DNA of 60,345 nt, filler included, from Fonticula-like sp. SCN 57-25 (lineage: Eukaryota), in assembly GCA_001724245.1 (NCBI GenBank). It is 3 parts of 3 records of this genome, joined end to end, with 100 filler letters (N's around TTAATTAATTAA, not from the genome) between each part and the next. Parts side by side here need not be neighbours in the genome. Positions count along the whole stretch, not along the records: positions 47,514 to 60,345 come from MEDX01000182.1; 2 more parts are not named here. One strand, 5' to 3'. This document shows positions 53,301 to 60,345 of the stretch, one piece after another. The notes beneath the pieces are model-generated. The model saw only the letters and a program-made list of their open reading frames with translations. It made no database searches and had not been told where the DNA came from. Numbering within the stretch: position 1 is the stretch's first letter; each line of letters begins with the position of its first letter. The translations under genes were made by a program, and so were the position numbers.

Positions 53301-54005
53301 GTGACCATCAAGCCGATCGAGTACTCGCAGCGCAACCTGCGGCACTACGTCGACCACACCAACTCGCTGACGGTGTGGACGGCGGCGGCGGTGCTCCAGG
53401 AGGAGACGGTCGACGACCGGCGAAAGATGTTTGAGCGCATGATTCTGCTGGCTCAGTGTCTGCGCCAGCTCAATAACTTTCACTCGGCCATGGCCGTGCT
53501 CGCGGGCCTCAACACGGCCGGCGTTGCGCGCCTTCGCTTTACCCTCAAGGAGGTCTCGCCAAAGCTGCGCAAGGTGCAGCTCGCGCTCGACGAGGAGCTC
53601 AACAGCGAGCTCAACTATTCCGCGTACCGCGCGGCGCTCAAGAACGCACAGCAGCCGCTCGTGCCGCTTCTGGGTGCCATCGTCGCCGACCTCGTCATGA
53701 TTGAGACGCACGTCCGCGACCGCACAGAGGACGGCGCCGTCGACTGGAACCGCAGGTCGCAGCTCGCGCCGCACTACTCGGACTTTATGCAGTTCCAGCA
53801 GTCGTGCCAGTACCCGGCGCTCAAGCGCGACGATGCCATGTCAAGGAACTTTATTGCGTCGCTCGAGGAGATGCAGGCGCTTCCGTCGTCGCTGCTGCGC
53901 GTTTCGCTCGGCCTCGAGCCAAAGGACGGCATCATCGAGGGCCACACGACTAAGCGGAGCTTTGCCAAGACGCTCAGCAAGTTTAGCACTTTTGTCAAGC
54001 GCTGA
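50395..54005 (+). CDS. Ras guanine-nucleotide exchange factor (REM + CDC25 domains)
   Basis: LSTYHTFITPEQMLAKLIERF (REM); LAKQITLLD, LNNFHSAMAVLAGL, RLRFT, NYSAYR, VPLLG (CDC25); TATAAAAG at 50333; two introns. Confidence 0.9.
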
Positions 54006-54176
54006 GAGAGGCGCGTGGGAGGGGCGAGCAGCACGAGACGTAAATGAATTCGCTGCTTTGCACCCGATTTTCAAAGTTTTCAATATGCTATTTTTGCCAA
54101 AAGGTTTGTAGTTTACAATATGGATAGAATATACACGCGTTTCACTATGGCAACAGTAGAACAAAGAGCTCGCACG

Positions 54177-56572
54177 CTAGTCCATCTCGGCGAGCTAAAA
54201 TGAGTCAGCAAAAGACAAACCGCATGCGATAAGCGTACCAGGTCCTCTGCGTCGTCTCCCTTGCTGCCCTTTTCGGGCTGCGCCTGCTCGCCCGCCGCCT
54301 CGTACACGCGCGCGTCGTCGTGGAACCGCGCAGCGTCCTCGGGCATCACGTCGCTGTCCGCCGCCTCGTCTGCGCTGATCAGCGTGACGCCCTGCTCCTT
54401 CAACTTCTGCCAAAAGTCGTCGCGCGCTCCTCCCTTGAACTCTTGGCGCGCGTCAACGAGGAATGCATTGAATGCTGCTGCTTCATTCTCGACGATGCAG
54501 CCCGCACGAAGGGCAGCGATGCAGTCGAGCGCGCGGCCGTACGACTGCGCGCCAAACGAGCGCGCCACGAGGCTCTTGATAACACGAACGAGCTGCTCGA
54601 TCGCGACACTGACAAGGTCCTGGTCGCGCCGCGAAATCATCTTGTTAAAGTCACCCGCCGGGTCAGTTGTACCGATCTGCGACACGGCGCCGTCGGCGAG
54701 CGCGCGCATCGAAATGTCGGTGGCTGGCCGCTTGGCGGCGGACTCGGCGGCGTCGGCGTCGGTGTCTCTGACCTGCCACGCGCGGATGGCCGTGCGCTTC
54801 TCGGCCGCGGCGCTCTTGTTCAAAGTAAATGCCGCGGCAAATGCGCTGCTCGCGGCCTCAGCGGTGGCCACGAGCGACTCGTTCGGCTGCAGCAACTTGA
54901 GGAGCGTCGCGTTCATCGGCGGCAGCGGCAGCGACGGGTTCAGCGCGCGGTACTTTATAATCTCCTGGATGTGGTGGATGTGCACGTTGGGCACGTTTGA
55001 CGGCTTGAGGTCCTCGAGCGGGTCGCCGTCCGCGTCGCGCGCCGCCGTCGAGAGGTCCATCGCGGCAATGAACGCGTCCGTCGCGTCAAGCTGCGCCTGC
55101 GTCGCTGACTTTTTGGAAAGCGACGCAAAGCCGTACTGCCGCAGGTCGTCGGCAAAGGGGAGCGTCGTCATGAAAAGGCACTCGTAGCCGACGCGGATAT
55201 GCGGCGTCAGCACGCACAGCTTGGGGCCGTACTTGGCTGTGTTCACACGTCAGAAACACAGTATAATACGAAAAGGTGCGCACAATTGAGGCGAATGTAG
55301 CGCGCGATGACGACGCGGTCAACCTCGTGGAGCGCGTGGATGAGCGCCGAGAGCGCCGTCGCGGCCTGCCCGTTGCCAGGCTCGGCCTCGACCGACAGAG
55401 TGTTGCCCATCAGAATGTGCGTCGGCACCTGCGAGCTCGCGCAAAAGCCAATGATGCTCAAGCACTTTTCGTACTGGACGGCGAGCTGCTCCTCGTCCAC
55501 GCGCGCGAACGGGATGAGGCTCTTACCGTACTTGTACGCCTTGACGAGCGCATCGCGGTCGACTTCCGTGCCGAGCTCGTCCGTCCGGCGGTAGGAAAGG
55601 TCGCGCTGTACATTCTGTACGTTACGGTCCTCGTCGGCGAGCGTCCGCTTGAAGGTCGGCGCCTTGGCTTCGGCCGTCTTGCTGTACACGTGAACGGCGA
55701 TCTGGAGGCCGGCGGGGCCGCCAATATCGAGAGGGCCGCGGTAGAGCGGCGTCTGGCGAATATTGCGACCGCGAAAGTAGCTCAGGCGGTCAAGGGCGTC
55801 CGCCATAGGGATGACTTGCATGTCCTTGACAGAGGCCGACATGCGCTGCAGCGTTGCTTCATTGCGCGACTTTGCGGCAGAGCGCGAGGCCGAAGACGTA
55901 GAAGAGGCGTCGGCAAAGTCGACCCCGCTACAGAACATGTTAGGCACAATAATGTAGTCAAAAATGTGGCGTACAAGACCTGAAGGGTGATTTCCTTGTC
56001 GTTGAGCTGCTCAACAATGTTGTCGAGGAGATCATCAGAGGAGGGGGCGCCGACATCCGTCACGAGAATGATGCGCTTGAAAAACTTTTTGCCGTCAGTG
56101 TGGTTGGCAATCATGTCCATCGCAACCACAAGGGCGTCCAAATCTGCAGTATTGTGAGAAACGCAACACATACATGCTTGGTGAGGCGCACAGTCTGCCT
56201 CCACATTCGCGTTGACAAGATCGCTATCAACATAACGGATCATCTCCAGGGTCGGGGTGTCGAGCCCGCGGTACACCTCAATGTTCTGATACCCGCCGCC
56301 ATCTGCAGCAAGATCATTAACTGTATTGGCCGAGCCAAAGACGACAAGGCCAATGTGGTCCGTCTTGCGGCCGTCCATCACCTTTTGCTGGAGAAACTGG
56401 TTCACAGCGGTGCGTGCCTGCTCGATGCGGTTCGGGCTGCCCTCCCACATGCTTCGGCCTACATCAAGGCATACTACTGTCGCCTCCTACATGCACGCAA
56501 GCACAAGAGATAATAAGGGAAAATATGCGTAAGCAAATGGCGCCGTGTGAGCTCCCCACGCACCTTGCTCAT
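54177..56572 (-). CDS. KU80: Ku80 (NHEJ DNA end-binding subunit; multi-exon)
   Basis: MSKEATVVCLDVGRSM vWA start, KAYKYGKSLIP, LPFADDLRQY, PK-binding domain, final DDAEDLLAEMD. Confidence 0.93.
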
Positions 56573-56912
56573 CCTCGCTGATGTTTGGTGACAATTAGGG
56601 GCAGCGGTTCGCAACGGTGTCGACACCTTGCAAACTCGCAGTCAGATTGCATCGCGATTTGATAGCGAACAGCTTATTGGTCAAAATTCTCAGTGCAAGT
56701 TGCTGATTGGCTAAAGTGACAAGTTCTCTTGGACGTGAAAGCTTTAGGCGGATAAAACTCATGCTAATACATAAACATTCATTAAAGTACGTACACATTT
56801 GCAGACTGCTTCAAAAAATAAAATTATATGGATAGATATTCTCTGTGATGTAAAAAAATAGCTAGAGACCGCAAAGAAAATACTCTAGCGGCGCCGCGCT
56901 GGGAGGACCCGC

Positions 56913-58652
56913 CTATATCGTGGCGCACCAGTCGGTGCCCGGGGGAATGCAGTCGATGATCTCGCACCACGAGCAGTGGTTTGTCTCGACGCCGTCGTAG
57001 AAAGTGTAAAAAGCGATGGCGTAGATGCCGAGGAGGAGAATGATCGCCACGATAACGAGGATCTTTTTACGAATGGCGTCCCACTTGCCAAAGTTGATGT
57101 GCGGGACGAAAATGCAGGCCGCCAGGATACCGGCAAGAAAACCACCGACGTGCATGAAATTGTCGATGAAGGGCAGGATGCCGATCGCTAGCAGGAATAT
57201 GATAATGACGATCAGGACGATGAGGTTCTTTACTGGCGAGACGGCGAGCTTCCAGTTAAGGATCAAATCGATAAGCAGGATGGCCAGCAGCGAAAACAGC
57301 GCGCCTGACGGCCCTGTCGAAATGGCGTTTGGCGCCATGATGGCACCAAAGGCGATACCAAAGATGGCCGAGATAAAGTAGATGAGGAACATGCGGATGC
57401 TGCCAATGTCGCGCTCGATGGGCACGCCGCGCCAGATCTGGAAAACAAGGTTGATGGCAAGGTGGAAGAGGCCAGTGTGCAAAAAGATGGGCGTCACAAA
57501 ACGCCAGTACTGGTCGGGGTACTCGCCGCCGAGCCAGCCGCCCATGCCACACCTAAACTCGATAACGTCATAGTACTCGCAGTGCGTCCCGTTAAGCGTG
57601 GGCCCCTCGTAACCCGACGGGCACCGCACAATCGGTGTCGCCTCCTGGCGCCACGGCTCGGCGCGCATGCAGGGCGCCCACTTTGCGCCGAGGTGAAGAA
57701 GAACAAGGTTGGACGGGCCGGCCATGTAGTTGACGCCAAGCGGCTCAATGCCGCCGTTAAGAATGATGGCGACGGCCATCATCACCATCTGGGCAAGCGA
57801 GATGATGAGAATGACAAAAGCAGTGTGCGGCTTGCGCTTGCGGAGCTGCGCCTGCACGGCGGGGTCGTCCGTCACATCCGCGGGCTCCTCAGGCGTCTGC
57901 AACGGAAATTGGGTCAGCAAAAAGGATAAAAAAAGGGGGACGCACCTGGTCAATGCCGACGAATGACTTGAAAGCGCTAACCGTCTTCTGGCGCTTGTTA
58001 AGCGGGGGTGGCGCACTGCCGTTCATCGACTGCTGCGACTTGCTCTTACTTCGTGGGAGATTAGCGACGCAAAGAAAGGAAAAGCGAGCGCGCACGGATT
58101 GTCGACGCGCTGGTAGAAAGACCGGTGCTGCATTTCCTGCTGTGTGCGGAGCGCCTCGGGGTTGGCAACCTGCGGCAGTGAATGAGCATCGAGCCTGACA
58201 CAGAGATCGGCTGCGCACGCCAAAGAACTCTGCCGTGGCAGAGGCGGCGCGCTCCATCTTGCCCGGCTTGGTGCGGCGGAGCAGCTGCGCCCACGCCGTC
58301 GAGTCGGTCTCCTTGAGCTGGCAGGCGAGCGTGACAAACTCGTCAAACTCGATCTGGCCGTTGCCGTTGGCGTCGGCCTGGCGCACGAGCTGCTTGAGCG
58401 TCTCGGGTTCGATCTTGACCTTGAGCGCCTTGAACATGAGAGACAACTCGGACACGGTCACATGGCCGTCGCCGTTGAGATCGAGCTCGGAAAAGTGCTT
58501 GCGCAGGTACTGCGTTTGATCGCGGGCAATTGTGTAAGTTGGGCGAAGCGGCGGCAAGCGGGCAATCGTACCTCGATCTGCTGCTTGGACAGCTGGCTGC
58601 GAGCCTGGGACTGGCCCATCTTGCCCATCTCCATATCACTGCTTTTCGCCAT
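56913..58652 (-). CDS. Rhomboid-family protein with N-terminal EF-hand pair and Cys-rich loop (multi-exon)
   Basis: DLNGDGHVTVSE and DANGNGQIEFDE; QYWRFVTPIFLHTGLFHL, STGPSGALF, DNFMHVGG. Confidence 0.9.
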
Positions 58653-59258
58653 GGTTAAGTGCTGGCAGCGCTAGCAGGGATGTCGAGCAGAGAAAAACCC
58701 TGCATCCACCCCTCGTGCTCTGCGTGTGTGTGTCTGTGTGTGACACTGAAGAGGAAAGGTGGGGTTCCCTGAACTGGGTAGAGAGACTTGCCTAATATGG
58801 ACGACAATCAGGTCCCAGAGCCAATCATCGTTTATGTTTGGTACCATAAACTCACATTGCGGCAGCATTGCCCACACTTACCGAGAGGTGTGGTAAAGTT
58901 GTGCACAGTTGTTCAGCAGGTTGTGCACAGCGGGTTACACGTATCGCGTCATCCGACCTGTGGGGCAACAAACCAACAAACACCGGAAAGAATTCGGGCT
59001 GTTCCCAGCTCTCTGGTAAACGACAAAGGGGAGGGCAGTTTTGTGGTGCTTAAACGCGTTGCGAGTTGAACCGAGAGCCGTCGACTTTACTGTTGACAGC
59101 CTTTTCTTGACTTTTGTGTGGACACCACTTTTGCCCGGTATTTCGTCTTTCCCGCGCAGGATTGTGTGCCGTTTTGCCGCGCAAAAACCGGCGGTAATCG
59201 TATCTTTGCAGGCTTACCAAGCCTGCCGCGCGAGCGTTCTTTACCCGACTCGCTTGTC

Positions 59259-60203
59259 ATGGGCGGCAACGGCAGTCGTCAGCGCCGTCCTGGCAATTAT
59301 CGCTCGTCATTGGACCCTAACGCCCCCCCTTCCGCCGAATTCGGCGCTACTCGCCCCAACGTGATGGGCCGCTGGATCCGCCGGCTTGGGCGGCGACCGC
59401 TGCCGAGCTCGCCTCTAGCTGGTCAGTTGAACAGCGAAGAGCCGCGCCCATCTTCTCGCTCGGCGAGTTTAGTGCGCGCATTCTTGCGGGAGGCCGAGGA
59501 TCGGACGGCATCGGAAGCCCCGCCCCCTCCATCGCCGCTGATTCGTCAGCATGCGAGCGACGCTCTTCTCCGCAATTTGTCGCTCCCAGGCCTCGAGCGC
59601 GCCTCTCTTTCGCCGGACGGTTCCGCCGCCCCGTCGGGTGCGGCGACTCCGAATCCCGATTTCCCTGCGGCGCTGCTCTCGCAAGTTACGGCAATGAACG
59701 GCCGCCTGCAGCCCGGCATCCACATATTCCAGGCCGGGGCGCCCGGCGTGCAATCCAACATGCTCGTGGTGCTGTTTGTGCGGCCAACGCAGAGTGCGAG
59801 CGACGCTTCTTCCGAAAACGGGGAGGTTGACACGGCGGAAACCGGCGCGTCGTGGATCATGTACGTGATCACGACCAACGGTGAAATGCTACCGCAGGGC
59901 GACTCGTACGAGGCGCTGCTCGCGCTCCAGGAGCGACTTGGCCTTGTGAGCCGCGGCGCGTCGGCCGAGATGGTCGGGACGCTGCCAACGTCTATATTTC
60001 AAAAGGGGCTCGCGCTACCACACGAGCTTGCCTGCTGTATCTGCCTGCAAGACTACCAGGACGGCGACGATATTCGCAAACTGCCCTGCGAGCACGGGTT
60101 CCACTGTGAGTGCGTCGACCGCTGGCTCACAGAGACGGTCAACACGTGCCCATTATGCCGCATGGAGGCGGTTCCCCGGAGCTCCCCGATGCAGCAGGCG
60201 TAG
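59259..60203 (+). CDS. RING-H2 E3 ubiquitin ligase
   Basis: SYEALLALQERLG; CCICLQDY...LPCEHGFHCECVDRWL...CPLCR; MGGNGS start resembles a myristoylation motif. Confidence 0.9.
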   Translation: MGGNGSRQRRPGNYRSSLDPNAPPSAEFGATRPNVMGRWIRRLGRRPLPSSPLAGQLNSEEPRPSSRSASLVRAFLREAEDRTASEAPPPPSPLIRQHASDALLRNLSLPGLERASLSPDGSAAPSGAATPNPDFPAALLSQVTAMNGRLQPGIHIFQAGAPGVQSNMLVVLFVRPTQSASDASSENGEVDTAETGASWIMYVITTNGEMLPQGDSYEALLALQERLGLVSRGASAEMVGTLPTSIFQKGLALPHELACCICLQDYQDGDDIRKLPCEHGFHCECVDRWLTETVNTCPLCRMEAVPRSSPMQQA

Positions 60204-60345
60204 TGGGTGAGTCTCGGGAGCATGCGCCCCAAACTCTGTTATGTACATATTTGCAAGCCATATCATCCTCTATATGTTTTCGATAGTCGAACGCTCGTGT
60301 CCGTGATTCTAGCCTGCTCCGAAATATCCCAATTTTGTGGCATTC

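Noticed and set aside
51645-53774. Long antisense ORFs (709 aa here; also 18427-20241, 34103-35440, 35991-37346, 29547-30701)
   Set aside because: Shadow ORFs opposite well-supported GC-rich genes, with no recognisable motifs.
22916-60345. Non-canonical splicing or alternative genetic code in the eukaryote
   Set aside because: The introns I traced fit GT-AG with CTRAY-like branch points and restore conserved motifs; apparent ORF breaks are explained by introns.

Overview
The window is a concatenation of three contigs joined by artificial 100-bp linkers (N44-TTAATTAATTAA-N44 at 22816-22915 and 47414-47513). Contig 1 (1-22815) is alphaproteobacterial (Hyphomicrobiales-like). It holds a >17-kb integrated phage-derived element abutting the 3' end of tRNA-Ser(TGA), followed by host genes qor, flgL, a frameshifted flgK and partial flgE. 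The element has a P4-type integrase end, AlpA, an HTH replication initiator with internal iterons, prohead protease, a cos-like site with small terminase, a head-tail adaptor, a few tail genes and a tail fibre. No large terminase, portal, major capsid, tail tube or lysis genes are recognisable, so it looks like a satellite or a decayed prophage. Its most striking content is a proteostasis theme: a complete two-piece tmRNA gene (tag ANNNYAKVALAA) divergent from a HigB-HigA-SecB toxin-antitoxin-chaperone operon in the middle of the morphogenesis module, a proteasome-beta/HslV-like protein with Thr1-Asp17-Lys33 spacing, and several proteins carrying genomically encoded ssrA-like motifs. Contigs 2 and 3 (22916-47413, 47514-60345) come from a gene-dense eukaryote with short GT-AG introns and CTRAY branch points (fungus-like opisthokont). 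They encode GluRS, RhoGAP, GST, two tRNA-Asp, ORC3, KAE1, an SLC35-like transporter, a repeat-rich TACC protein, Dopey, a GlnA4-like ligase/SDR pair, a higher-order satellite, annexin, a dicarboxylate carrier, RasGEF, Ku80, an EF-hand rhomboid and a RING-H2 protein. All calls are by eye, without database searches. Eukaryotic gene coordinates are outer bounds including introns.
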